Below, piece by piece: positions 5,584 through 15,286 of a stretch of 32,932 nt of DNA. The number at the start of each line of letters is the position of its first letter. Position 1 is the stretch's first letter. The translations under genes and the position numbers were made by a program. The notes beneath the pieces were generated by a model. It did no database searches. It had not been told where the DNA came from and saw nothing but the letters and a program-made list of their open reading frames with translations. The DNA comes from a virus (taxonomy: Duplodnaviria; Caudoviricetes), in IMG/VR virus record IMGVR_UViG_3300011423_000022, positions 1 through 32,932 of that record, one strand, 5' to 3'.

Positions 5584-6402
5584 ATGGCTGCTGAGTGGAA
5601 CTTCGTGGCACCGATGCTCTGCCACAAGTTGAAGGACAAGGTGAGCATCAGCAAGGGCGAGTGGGTGGCCGAAGAGAAGTTCGATGGCCACCGACTCGTC
5701 CTCTACAAAGGCGGGTCAGAAGTAGTCGCGTGGAGTCGAGATCTGATTCGACGCGATCTGCCCAAGCAGGTTATTCAGGATGCTCTCCTGCTGCCTGATG
5801 GGACTTACGATGGCGAACTCCTGGCTCCTGGGAAGAGATCCTATGGAGTCACTGACAAGAGCCATTCGAGCTTGCTCGTGTATAACGTGTTCGATATCAC
5901 GAAGATGCACGGGATCGAGCTGCACAAATTGACGTGGCTCGAACGGAGAAACATCCTGATCGAGACTGCGATGCGATCAGGGATTGGGAAAGGGATCGCC
6001 ACCTGTGAGGTGTGGGAAATTGAATCTCGCGAGCACCTGACTGCCATCTGCCAGCGGATCTGGGATAAAGATGGCGAAGGGATCATCGCGAAGCGCAAGG
6101 CCAGTCCATATCAGATCGGATCTCGATCCAGGGATTGGCTCAAGTTGAAGGACAAGAAGACTGCGCTGCTCGAGTGCGTGGGATATCTCCATGGTCTCGA
6201 GGGACCATATGCTCGTGTGCTGTTGCGAGACGAAGAGGGCAACACCACCCGAGCCAAGACTCGTAATTCGAAGGAGAGGGAGAGGCTCGCTGCGACTCCT
6301 GGTTTCTTCGTCGGAAAGAAGCTCTGGATCGAGTTCCAGGAGAGGACTCCTGATGGGAACTATCGTGGTCCTGTAATCTGGGATCGTTGGGAGGACGAGT
6401 GA
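5584..6402 (+). CDS. lig: Minimal ATP-dependent DNA ligase
   Basis: Motif I EEKFDGHR, YDGEL, YNVFDI, EGIIAK and WLKLK, followed by a short OB-fold-like C-terminus. Confidence 0.92.
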   Translation: MAAEWNFVAPMLCHKLKDKVSISKGEWVAEEKFDGHRLVLYKGGSEVVAWSRDLIRRDLPKQVIQDALLLPDGTYDGELLAPGKRSYGVTDKSHSSLLVYNVFDITKMHGIELHKLTWLERRNILIETAMRSGIGKGIATCEVWEIESREHLTAICQRIWDKDGEGIIAKRKASPYQIGSRSRDWLKLKDKKTALLECVGYLHGLEGPYARVLLRDEEGNTTRAKTRNSKERERLAATPGFFVGKKLWIEFQERTPDGNYRGPVIWDRWEDE

Positions 6403-6587
6403 AGGCCAAGATTCATTTCCGAGTTCGATGGAGGAAGATGGGTGGCCACTTCCTCTGCAGGATTTTCTCGGGTGGCACATCGGGAACGTTCGCCAAGATC
6501 GGCGAGCTCACGATGGATGAAGAGGATTTCGCATTCTTCCAGAACGAAGCTGGCAAGACCTGGGAATTCCTCGAGGATGGAAAGTGA
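6399..6587 (+). CDS. Hypothetical protein
   Basis: GTGA coupling, GGAGG upstream. Confidence 0.65.
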   Translation: MKAKIHFRVRWRKMGGHFLCRIFSGGTSGTFAKIGELTMDEEDFAFFQNEAGKTWEFLEDGK

Positions 6588-6847
6588 TCTTCATCTCTGT
6601 GTGCCAGTATTGTGCCTGGACCTGGGAGGAGGTGGACAAGGATGTTGCTGTGGCTCGAGTGCTCACCCACATCGAAGAAGAGCACGGGAACCAGCATTCT
6701 CCGTCGATTCTCATGCACCTGCGAGAGGATCATCCTGACCACTGTTTGTGCGATTATTGCGTCTGCTCTGGATGCGGACGACATAAGCATCCTGGAAAGT
6801 GCCTTCCTCACGGATGGCCATCTTGGCTTCCAATGGAGAGACGATGA
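6584..6847 (+). CDS. Cys/His-rich hypothetical protein
   Basis: CQYC...H...H and CLCDYCVCSGC...H motifs; coupled to both neighbours. Confidence 0.65.
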   Translation: MIFISVCQYCAWTWEEVDKDVAVARVLTHIEEEHGNQHSPSILMHLREDHPDHCLCDYCVCSGCGRHKHPGKCLPHGWPSWLPMERR

Positions 6848-7086
6848 GGCAGTGGCTTCGACGTCTTCTCATCTCATGGATTAAGCCAAAGTGGATTCTG
6901 CGATGCGGAGTCTGCGATGAATATTTGGGAACGATCACAGCTCTGGAGGACGACGTCATCATGCGGACGTCGGACGAGGGATTCTTCATGATCAAGTGCA
7001 GTCGATGCGCGAGTCATGTCGAACCTGAATCCAATATGTCCAAGTGGATCGACACCCATCCCGACTCTGGTTGGAGAAAATTATGA
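6844..7086 (+). CDS. Zinc-ribbon-like hypothetical protein
   Basis: CGVC and CSRC pairs; ATGA coupling. Confidence 0.65.
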   Translation: MRQWLRRLLISWIKPKWILRCGVCDEYLGTITALEDDVIMRTSDEGFFMIKCSRCASHVEPESNMSKWIDTHPDSGWRKL

Positions 7087-7223
7087 GACTCAAAGATGAC
7101 GACGAAAAGAAGTTCTGGATGAAAGTCTACGTGGCCTCGATTCAGTTTGGCATGAACAACATCGAGGCAAAGGATCGTGCAGATAAAGCTGTCGATGACT
7201 ATCGTGAAACAAGATCAGAGTGA
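7083..7223 (+). CDS. Hypothetical protein (46 aa, MRLKDDDEKKFW...)
   Basis: Translated by hand; ATGA coupling, GGAG upstream. Confidence 0.55.
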   Translation: MRLKDDDEKKFWMKVYVASIQFGMNNIEAKDRADKAVDDYRETRSE

Positions 7224-7311
7224 GACGGACACCACCAACGCAAGTCGAGGGAACCTGCGCCGCCCATGATGATGTCCGCCTCGTCTGCTCGACAGACCAC
7301 GGCCGAGCAGA

Positions 7312-9540
7312 TTATTGAGGACCTGTCATATGCCCATCTTCTGGATCCACATATGACGAGAAGTCGTCCTCCAACAAGTCTTTCAGATCAAGCAATTCCA
7401 GACGAACCCGGCGCTCTGCCGGCATGAGAGTGTTCGACAACACCCACATGGGCCTGCCAATCCACCCACCACCTTGCACTCCACGCCAGTGATTCAGAGT
7501 GACATAACTTCCGATGTCGAACTCCGCATTCATCAAGCATAGAGATCCTTCCAACTCGACATAGGTCGGCACTTTGGTCCACCTGCGAGCGACTTCTTCC
7601 AGCATAGATTCCATCAGACTCGCATCGTAGTGATACCAGAATGAGACCTGTCCCTCCCGTCTCTCTCCACCCCAATTCGCAATCGACGTCTCGTTGACAG
7701 TAGTCGAACCAGATCGTCCATTCTCAGGATCCGGAGTGTTGAAATCCTGGACCCAATTTTCTGGGATGACCCAATCCTTGCGATACTGATAGGAGATCAC
7801 ATTGATCAGCTCTTGGAGCTTCGGCTGCGGCTTGAAGGTCCGAGTATGGATCTCGTATGTATCGAGAAGAGGATTCGTATCTTCTGGTCCAATGAATCGA
7901 TTGATCGCATGAATAGACGATTGCCAGAACCGATTTGTCCCCATCCGGAAATCCCCATTCGCCTGCCAGCGAACAAGCATTTCTGGCACATCCACCAACT
8001 CTCCCCACTGACCAGGAACACCGAAGGTCGTGAGAGGCACACCGAGCTGATCGATGCGTTGTGCTTTCAGTGCTTCGAAGGAGACGTAATCGATGATCGT
8101 ATCTTCGTCTGCACCGAATGTTGGCTGATCGTTCCAGGTTGTTCTTGGTCCACCACCAGACACGAACACCACGTTCTCGAGATAGTGGCGGAACTGATCG
8201 TGAAGATCAGTGAGGACCTCTCCAGATGAATCACCAACGGTCTCGATGCCGCGGACTCGAGCTGCGATGTATGCCTCCCTGTTCAGGCACTTGTTGGCTT
8301 TTGGTCCTTGGCCATAGATGAGGGTCCAGCGACGAGCATCCCCATCTCCGCCGATCAGGTCTCGATAGCTGGTGCCTCCAAGAATTGCTGTCCATTCGGG
8401 TGTGTCGGGCACGAGCCATTCGGTGCCAGATCCCTGGTTCTCCTCGATGGCATAGTTCTCGGAACCGTCGACACGAGTGCCACTTGGCAGGATATATGCC
8501 CATGCAAGAACTTCCTTGATGGCCGAACCTGAGAGCAGGAATTCATGCCACACACCAGACGCAGTGGGAAGAACCACATTCTGGCGCATCGGCATGGCCG
8601 AGACATATCCGTATGCGATGATACCAGATGCCACAGGACCGAGATCAGGACTCTCGCCATAGATCAGCTGAGCACCCTTGGACCATGCATCGGCCACGAT
8701 GAGCTCGGCATTCGGGAGACTATATTCACTGATGCGTCGACGAGGCAGCTGGACTTGGCCTTGCTGCGTCCAGCCCATTGCGATGGACAGACGATCTCGG
8801 CAGGTGAACTGGACCTGCATCCCTTCTTCACGATTGTCGAACTGAGGATCCTCATCCACGAATCCGGTGGCGATCTTCTTGGCCACAGCACCCTGAAGAC
8901 GCGCATCAGGTGTGACGAAGAAGAGCTCGACTTCTTTCTTGTACCAGTATTGCGAGTCTCCATTTCCGAGCTGACACCTGATCGTGTAGTCTTCGTCGGA
9001 GAGTTCGAAATTGAATGTCCCTGCTTCGTTCTGCCAATCAGTGGCCGAGAGAGCTCGACGGACTTCTGAGATCTGCAGCAGCCGATCAGGTTTCCACCCA
9101 CCATAATAGCTGAGAGGATCATCAAGCGGAATCTCGGCGAACCAGATCTTCTCGCCAGACACGATTGGCAACCATGAACCGAATGCTACAGGATCATCTT
9201 GCGTGCCACACAGATCCTCTCCCTCAGAAGGAGACAGGATACCCTCAATCGCGATCGCAGTCTCCACACCAAACTGCGTGATGCGGAGACTTGGATCGAG
9301 AATACCTGTTTCAACAGCAAGAGTGGTGACACGAAGACCTGGATCGTGAACAGCTAACTCAACACCAAATTCAGTGATACGCAGATGGTCTGGTGAGAAG
9401 ACTGCTTCAACACCAATCTGAGTGACTTGGGATGGAGAAGGTTCTGCCTCCAGAGATGGCCAGAGGATGATCGTGCTGGCCACCACATCCTGAACACCAA
9501 GGACACCTGGAGGGAATTGTGCAGCCCAGTTGACAACCAT
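7312..9540 (-). CDS. Minor tail / tail-tip (hub-like) protein
   Basis: 742-aa acidic ORF at the end of the tail module; function inferred from position. Confidence 0.65.
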   Translation of the reverse strand: MVVNWAAQFPPGVLGVQDVVASTIILWPSLEAEPSPSQVTQIGVEAVFSPDHLRITEFGVELAVHDPGLRVTTLAVETGILDPSLRITQFGVETAIAIEGILSPSEGEDLCGTQDDPVAFGSWLPIVSGEKIWFAEIPLDDPLSYYGGWKPDRLLQISEVRRALSATDWQNEAGTFNFELSDEDYTIRCQLGNGDSQYWYKKEVELFFVTPDARLQGAVAKKIATGFVDEDPQFDNREEGMQVQFTCRDRLSIAMGWTQQGQVQLPRRRISEYSLPNAELIVADAWSKGAQLIYGESPDLGPVASGIIAYGYVSAMPMRQNVVLPTASGVWHEFLLSGSAIKEVLAWAYILPSGTRVDGSENYAIEENQGSGTEWLVPDTPEWTAILGGTSYRDLIGGDGDARRWTLIYGQGPKANKCLNREAYIAARVRGIETVGDSSGEVLTDLHDQFRHYLENVVFVSGGGPRTTWNDQPTFGADEDTIIDYVSFEALKAQRIDQLGVPLTTFGVPGQWGELVDVPEMLVRWQANGDFRMGTNRFWQSSIHAINRFIGPEDTNPLLDTYEIHTRTFKPQPKLQELINVISYQYRKDWVIPENWVQDFNTPDPENGRSGSTTVNETSIANWGGERREGQVSFWYHYDASLMESMLEEVARRWTKVPTYVELEGSLCLMNAEFDIGSYVTLNHWRGVQGGGWIGRPMWVLSNTLMPAERRVRLELLDLKDLLEDDFSSYVDPEDGHMTGPQ

Positions 9541-9543
9541 GTC

Positions 9544-10182
9544 TTACTGCGATGGGAAGATGGTGAGTGAAGTGCGTCTCGTTCCAGTTGCCAAGAACTG
9601 AAGAGCGATGTTCCTTCCATTGATCTCGGCAGCCAAGAGATTGATCTTGTAGAAACCAGGCATGTCCGATGAATCAACTTCGGTGATGGTGCCAGACAAA
9701 GAGCCATTCGCACCACCACCAATCGAATACTTCTTCAAAGAGAAGTCCCCATCCACAAGACCAGTCACCGGATCGCCGGCTTCGTCGGCCATGAAGAACT
9801 GGAAGTCAGTGAACGCGATGTTCTGGGAGATGCCCACCAGAGACTTCACACGACCATTGGCATCGATCGACAGCAATGAGAAGTTCGCCGGATAAGACAC
9901 AGCAGATACAGCCACAACTTGATCAGCAAAGTCAAGTGGATCAGCACCAGTTCCAGTGATATGAAAGGCGAGTGCCCCAACAGTGTTGGTGTGAGTGGTG
10001 GTCAGAGTTAGATTATACCAGCCGTTCCCGAGATCGGTGACGGTGGGAGTTATCGAGGCGAACGCAGCACCAGCTTTGCCAGCAGTGATGGTGAGAGTGA
10101 GTCCAACCAATCCGGAGATATGGTCTGTCTCATCAACCATAAATATCGGGCGCTCGAACGCAGTCGATTGATCCAGTTGCAT
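9544..10182 (-). CDS. Virion-associated protein with two similar beta-rich domains
   Basis: Internal duplication IFMVDE..SGL...VTDLGNGWYNLTL / FFMADE..TGL...ITEVD...GFYKINL; lies in the tail module. Confidence 0.7.
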   Translation of the reverse strand: MQLDQSTAFERPIFMVDETDHISGLVGLTLTITAGKAGAAFASITPTVTDLGNGWYNLTLTTTHTNTVGALAFHITGTGADPLDFADQVVAVSAVSYPANFSLLSIDANGRVKSLVGISQNIAFTDFQFFMADEAGDPVTGLVDGDFSLKKYSIGGGANGSLSGTITEVDSSDMPGFYKINLLAAEINGRNIALQFLATGTRRTSLTIFPSQ

Positions 10183-13100
10183 TACATGCCTCTCTGCACA
10201 CGCGATCGTGAAAGTCCTGCTCCTGAACCAATAATAACAGTTTCTTCAATGTTCAGGTCAAACCCGCCCACCATGATGCCCGCGCGCAGCATCGTCGTCG
10301 AACTGAGCGAGCCGAACGCACCAGTCTGATCCGTCCGCGATCCTCCCTGTATCGTCGTGCCAAAGGGGAAGGCGGCACGCGAGGCAGCATTTGGCAGATC
10401 GATCTGCCCGATCTGCCGATTTCCAGCACTCGTCGGGCGAACTGCCACCGCATAGTTGGTGTTCGCTGCAAGATCGTAGGTCGTCGTCAATGGGATGATC
10501 GCTGTCGTGCTCGCCGCAGATCCTTGTCCCGTGTTGTCCACACCCAACGATTCCGTGCGCTCGGCCACAGGTGTGCCCAGAGGATCCGAGTAGAGAATGA
10601 TCTCGCCAGTTTCTCCTGCGTCGAATTCTCCGCATGATGCCATCAGCGCCGTCACACGGCACGCTAACGGCACTTGAAAGATCATGGCGTATTCGTCGGG
10701 AGTGCTGCCAGAATTGAACGTCACGGATGTTTCGAGGATCGGCAATGACAAGTCGGTGAAGTAACCGATGGTGCCATCGTCAAATTCGATCATCACAAAT
10801 GGCAACTGTCCATCTCGCAGATAACTCACACCAGTGGAGTTGGTGGCGATGTAGGGAGCAGAAGCTGAAATGGTGGCATTGTATGCAGGACGGATGGTAT
10901 CCGCTCCAGCGTAAGCAATGAATTCGATCACCACTGCGACTGAGTCGCCCCATGCGATCGTCTTGCTGCCACTGGTCATGGTCGTGGTATTGCGCCCACC
11001 ATTAGCGATGCCACCACCGCCACCAACAAGATCTGCGTAGGTATCGAACGTTGTGTCGCCGATGCCTGTCGCTGCAACATCCTGCAATCCGACGCGCACT
11101 GTCGTGCCAACATTGACAAACGTCGAGGTGGACGCAGTATACCAATGCACCTTGCCACTGCCAGCAGCACTGATCGTCTTCGACGTGCCTGGTCCACCTG
11201 GCATACAGATGCGACCGATATACTGCATCCCCTCACCATTGGTGTTGCAGTTCAAACTGCCTATCGTCGCCAGTGACACGATGCCACCCCAGACCGGATA
11301 GAGTGGCAGTCCCAGACTGTTGGGGAACGTGCCAAAATCAGTGCTGACACCTCTGCCATGAGTTATCGGCAGCCCATCGGTCCAGAATTGTTCACTTCCA
11401 CTGGGCGTCGCAGTTCCTGATGTCCACTGGTTGACGAAGACCGAGCCGGCGGAGCCGTCGCAGTCCACCACGAACTCGAGCACACCATCGTCGGTGACCG
11501 CAGCGGTGGTGCCAGTGAGAATCTCCCAGGTGTCGGCTCCGACGGTGAGGGTCGCCAACAACGCATCGGCATTGATCCCGACCGCACTGTTGCCCTTGAC
11601 GAGGAGGCGAGGCTGGTTCCCAGTGTAGGCAGCACTCTTACGGACATAGACACTGACCGTGCAAGTGCTCCCAGATTCGACACCGACCAAGAAACCACGC
11701 CCCGGCTGTCCACCGCTGCTCTCCATCTTCGTCGGCTGCGTGGATCCCTGCCAGGCGATAGTATGCGTCAACAGTGTTGGCGACATCTTCATCCCCGGAG
11801 CAGATTGGACCGTAGTGTTCTCGATCTCGATCAGCCCTTTGGGATAACGGAAACGATGCAGCCCAGCAGTGCCGTCGCGACGCTCCTCCGAGACGAATGC
11901 ATCCATCGCCATCTGCGGCATGTAGGTCGAGAGATTCAGAATCTCGTTCGCACTGCCCAGGACGACATTGCGGAGCCTCAGTTGCAGCCAATACATGCTG
12001 TTGACCGTGATGTCGGCGTTCGTGTGCGCAACCCAGATGCCGCTGACGACCCCGAAGTCGCCACGCAGAATGGTCCAAGACGCCCAATTCGAGGCATCCA
12101 GATCCAACCCAATTGGTTGCGCATGGGTGGTGTCCCCAGCACACATCAGATACTTGAACTGCACCCGAAGACTGAAGTCACTGAGATACGGCGCGGCTCC
12201 ATATTGGATGTTGCCATAGAGGTAGGTGTCGCAATCGAAGATGATCGATCCAGCAGTGATGTCAAGCAGGAGACCGACCTGATTGCGCCAAGAATATACC
12301 ACGCCCTGGAACAGAACGTTGGCGAGATTGGTTCCGTTGAAGACGATGCCGTAGTAGCAAGTGTGGACATAGAGATTAGTGATCGGGCGCATCAAGCAGT
12401 TGCCCATCTCCGGATTGAAACCACTTTCGCAGCAACTGATGCGGATGTCAGTGAATACGAGATTGGGACTGGAGGACTGAATCCAGATCCCTCGTGATCC
12501 GCCGGCGACGGTCAGCCCAACAGCAGTGAAGCGTGTCAGAGTGAAGATCGCCGTGGGATTGAACAGGAAGAAGCGAATCGCCGAACGGGAGGAGGTCCCC
12601 ACGCACCACTTGAAGGCAGTGCAATCGATCATGGACAGCGTGCCGGTAGATCCTGTGCCACCATCGAACCCCCAGCAATCCCCCTCGGTGTCGTAGACGA
12701 CAACGTGGTTCATCGTATGAGACGAAGGAGACACCACCTCCGAGATGCTGATCGCTGCAGAGCCGGAGTTGGTCCCCATGTAACGCAAGCCGACCCAGTC
12801 CCAGTCAGCGGTCGGAAAGATGGTGCTGGTGCTGCCGGGGAAGACGCAGCCGTAGCCCATCGCGGTCGAAGAGGTCGAGCGGATCAGGACGTTGCGCGTC
12901 AGGAGGACGATCTCGGCTTGGCACTTCGCAGTGGTGTCACCCTTCTTCGCGACAGCAAGAGCACTGACAGCAAGAGTTGATGCACCAGCATTTCCAGTCA
13001 GTGCGTTAACTTCACCTTGGGTCGCAGTCTGCGAGGTCGAGGCAATCCCGATGGAGTCACCGGAAAGCCAGCCTGTGTCCTGATCCACAGTCAGCGAGGT

Positions 13101-14057
13101 CGCTCCTCCTGCTGCATCAGCAGTGAGCAGACAAACTGACACGTCCTTGCCCGCGGTGCGTGATTGCCCCTGCGCGACCCAGGTGGCACTCCCGACGACA
13201 TAGACACCGAAGTTGGCATCGGCAGCACAGTCGAACTCGAGGATCATCGTCGAGTCGCGTGGGCACGGAGTGGCAACAGTCCCCATGTTGTAGATGCCCA
13301 AATTCTGAACCACCAGCCAGCCGGAGAGTCGGAGGAGGTAGTTGGTGGCAGCGGCAGGACCGGAAGGAGATGCGCCCCAAGTCAGCGTGCCACCATTCTG
13401 AATGTCCAGTGCCGGAGCGAAGCGGCCGGCCAGTGCGGTGTTGCCACTGCCATAGTCGGTCGCTGCCGTCGAGTCCATGAAGATCGAACGCGCACCCATC
13501 GTCGTGACCGGAGATGCGCTCCCATCGGCGATCCCCATGATGTGCATATCGTCGCCCGCCGCCGGCACCTGAGTCGCATCCGTGACCAAGAGATGCTGCC
13601 AATTATTGGCCGTGCCGTTGGTGGCAAAGGTTGGTCCACCAGCAGTGGTCGAGCAGGTCATGCGGATGACGTAGTTGGTCGCAGCGAGGAGAAGGACTGG
13701 GGCTGAGAACTGCAAGTAGACCCACCCACCAGCATAGAACGTGGTCAGGACTGTGACCGCGTTGCCGAGGATGTCCTTGCGGAAGGTCACTGCAGCCACG
13801 TCCGATCCAGCAGTGGAGTTGCGAAGAGTGACGGTGATGGTGGTCGTCCCGACCGAGGCGAGAGTCAGTGCCCCGAGCTTGACACAGACACCCTTGACAG
13901 TGATCGCCCCTGGAGTGAAGGCGACCGAGTCGAGATTTCCGGTGGTCAGCGCGGTGGTCCCGGTCGAGGTCGAGACCAACGATCCAGTGGCATCGCACAC
14001 TCCCCAGGTCGCCGCAGTGGTCCAGTTGCCGTCGGCAATCGAAACAAGATGCGCCAT
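10182..14057 (-). CDS. Large tail fibre/tailspike-like adhesin with a probable beta-helix region
   Basis: 1291 aa, Thr/Gly/Ala/Ser-rich; central parallel beta-helix-like periodicity (NLYVHTCYYGIVF, YSWRNQVGLLL, LYGNIQYG). Confidence 0.7.
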   Translation of the reverse strand: MAHLVSIADGNWTTAATWGVCDATGSLVSTSTGTTALTTGNLDSVAFTPGAITVKGVCVKLGALTLASVGTTTITVTLRNSTAGSDVAAVTFRKDILGNAVTVLTTFYAGGWVYLQFSAPVLLLAATNYVIRMTCSTTAGGPTFATNGTANNWQHLLVTDATQVPAAGDDMHIMGIADGSASPVTTMGARSIFMDSTAATDYGSGNTALAGRFAPALDIQNGGTLTWGASPSGPAAATNYLLRLSGWLVVQNLGIYNMGTVATPCPRDSTMILEFDCAADANFGVYVVGSATWVAQGQSRTAGKDVSVCLLTADAAGGATSLTVDQDTGWLSGDSIGIASTSQTATQGEVNALTGNAGASTLAVSALAVAKKGDTTAKCQAEIVLLTRNVLIRSTSSTAMGYGCVFPGSTSTIFPTADWDWVGLRYMGTNSGSAAISISEVVSPSSHTMNHVVVYDTEGDCWGFDGGTGSTGTLSMIDCTAFKWCVGTSSRSAIRFFLFNPTAIFTLTRFTAVGLTVAGGSRGIWIQSSSPNLVFTDIRISCCESGFNPEMGNCLMRPITNLYVHTCYYGIVFNGTNLANVLFQGVVYSWRNQVGLLLDITAGSIIFDCDTYLYGNIQYGAAPYLSDFSLRVQFKYLMCAGDTTHAQPIGLDLDASNWASWTILRGDFGVVSGIWVAHTNADITVNSMYWLQLRLRNVVLGSANEILNLSTYMPQMAMDAFVSEERRDGTAGLHRFRYPKGLIEIENTTVQSAPGMKMSPTLLTHTIAWQGSTQPTKMESSGGQPGRGFLVGVESGSTCTVSVYVRKSAAYTGNQPRLLVKGNSAVGINADALLATLTVGADTWEILTGTTAAVTDDGVLEFVVDCDGSAGSVFVNQWTSGTATPSGSEQFWTDGLPITHGRGVSTDFGTFPNSLGLPLYPVWGGIVSLATIGSLNCNTNGEGMQYIGRICMPGGPGTSKTISAAGSGKVHWYTASTSTFVNVGTTVRVGLQDVAATGIGDTTFDTYADLVGGGGGIANGGRNTTTMTSGSKTIAWGDSVAVVIEFIAYAGADTIRPAYNATISASAPYIATNSTGVSYLRDGQLPFVMIEFDDGTIGYFTDLSLPILETSVTFNSGSTPDEYAMIFQVPLACRVTALMASCGEFDAGETGEIILYSDPLGTPVAERTESLGVDNTGQGSAASTTAIIPLTTTYDLAANTNYAVAVRPTSAGNRQIGQIDLPNAASRAAFPFGTTIQGGSRTDQTGAFGSLSSTTMLRAGIMVGGFDLNIEETVIIGSGAGLSRSRVQRGM

Positions 14058-14059
14058 AT

Positions 14060-15286
14060 CTACACAGTCTTCTGATAGCCAATTTCCATGGCATTAAAGA
14101 TCGATTCAGTGATCACCACAGGAGATTCACCAGAGTGGGTGACATTCTCCCAGATCTCGTATTGAAAGATGTATGACGTAGCATTGCCAAGATCGTCGCC
14201 ATCGAAGTCTTCTCCAGCAACTCGAATGAATGCTGCCGTCTTACTCGGACCACCCATCGCTCTCCGAGCAGAATAGATCACCTGAATGGCATCGATGTTT
14301 ACACCAGGCACAGGAGATGGTTCATGATCGAATGAATCACGATCTCCAATAACCCATGAGCCATTGTAGCTCACATTGGCATCATTCGGATTGTCATCCA
14401 CTTCGACATAATGTTCGCCCGAGTGAGATGGCTGCCAATCAGTGTAATTCCCATCGGCCGTTGGCGCGAGATAGTCGATCCGATGGTCTCCCCAGAAATC
14501 AACTAGAGGAGACCGCCCGTCATCCGTCTCGCCATTAGCGATGTAGAGATCCTGCATGATCCATCGGCCAACATCGCCAGAAGACATTCCGATGCCAATA
14601 GATCCAGTGCCCTCGCTCTTCTTGAGATACGTAATCTCGTGACACAAAGCAGGAATTGGTTGGGCAGGATCAGACCGATCATCCTCTCCTTCATAGAGAG
14701 TATTGCCATCGAAACGGAACCACACATCTCCGTCACACCGAAACTCCACCCATCCTGCTCCACCACTGATCTTGATTCCGAACTCGAAGTAATATGTCCG
14801 ACCCCACTGAGCAGCGAAATCTGCGACACCAAGCATCACACGATACTCATCTGGCATGTATTGTCCCTTCCAGAACTCGAAACATCCAGCTGTGGTTGGG
14901 ACCACTGTGAGATGAGCAGCTTCGGCATATCGAAACTGAACGATGTGATGATGACCTCGAGGATTCAGTGAATTGGCACCGACCCATGGATAATAGCTGC
15001 GACCACCAAGAGTCGGAGCCCATCCACCATCTCCTTCTGAGGTGAATCGAAATCCGGTGTAGTAAGTGTCACTCGCAGGAACCACTTGTCCAACAGGTCC
15101 AGCGATATCGTATCCGGTGATGCCATGACAGGTCATCACCATGGCACCAGCACCAGGGCGACCCCATCCATCTTCAATGGTGACATTGGCAGCATTCGGA
15201 GCGTATTGCCCATCGTAGATCTGAGTCCACTTCTCGGTGATTTGAGAAGTGTTGTAGTGACTGAATGAATCAAGCTTTACGAGCAT
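14060..15286 (-). CDS. Minor tail protein, possible ConA/laminin-G-like lectin fold
   Basis: YYFEFGIKI...GWVEFRCDG...DLYI beta-sandwich pattern; position in the tail module. Confidence 0.6.
   Translation of the reverse strand: MLVKLDSFSHYNTSQITEKWTQIYDGQYAPNAANVTIEDGWGRPGAGAMVMTCHGITGYDIAGPVGQVVPASDTYYTGFRFTSEGDGGWAPTLGGRSYYPWVGANSLNPRGHHHIVQFRYAEAAHLTVVPTTAGCFEFWKGQYMPDEYRVMLGVADFAAQWGRTYYFEFGIKISGGAGWVEFRCDGDVWFRFDGNTLYEGEDDRSDPAQPIPALCHEITYLKKSEGTGSIGIGMSSGDVGRWIMQDLYIANGETDDGRSPLVDFWGDHRIDYLAPTADGNYTDWQPSHSGEHYVEVDDNPNDANVSYNGSWVIGDRDSFDHEPSPVPGVNIDAIQVIYSARRAMGGPSKTAAFIRVAGEDFDGDDLGNATSYIFQYEIWENVTHSGESPVVITESIFNAMEIGYQKTV

Noticed and set aside
7284-7311. TCTGCTCG...CGAGCAGA inverted repeat at the convergence point as a terminator
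   Set aside because: Large loop and no U-tract on either strand; not enough support
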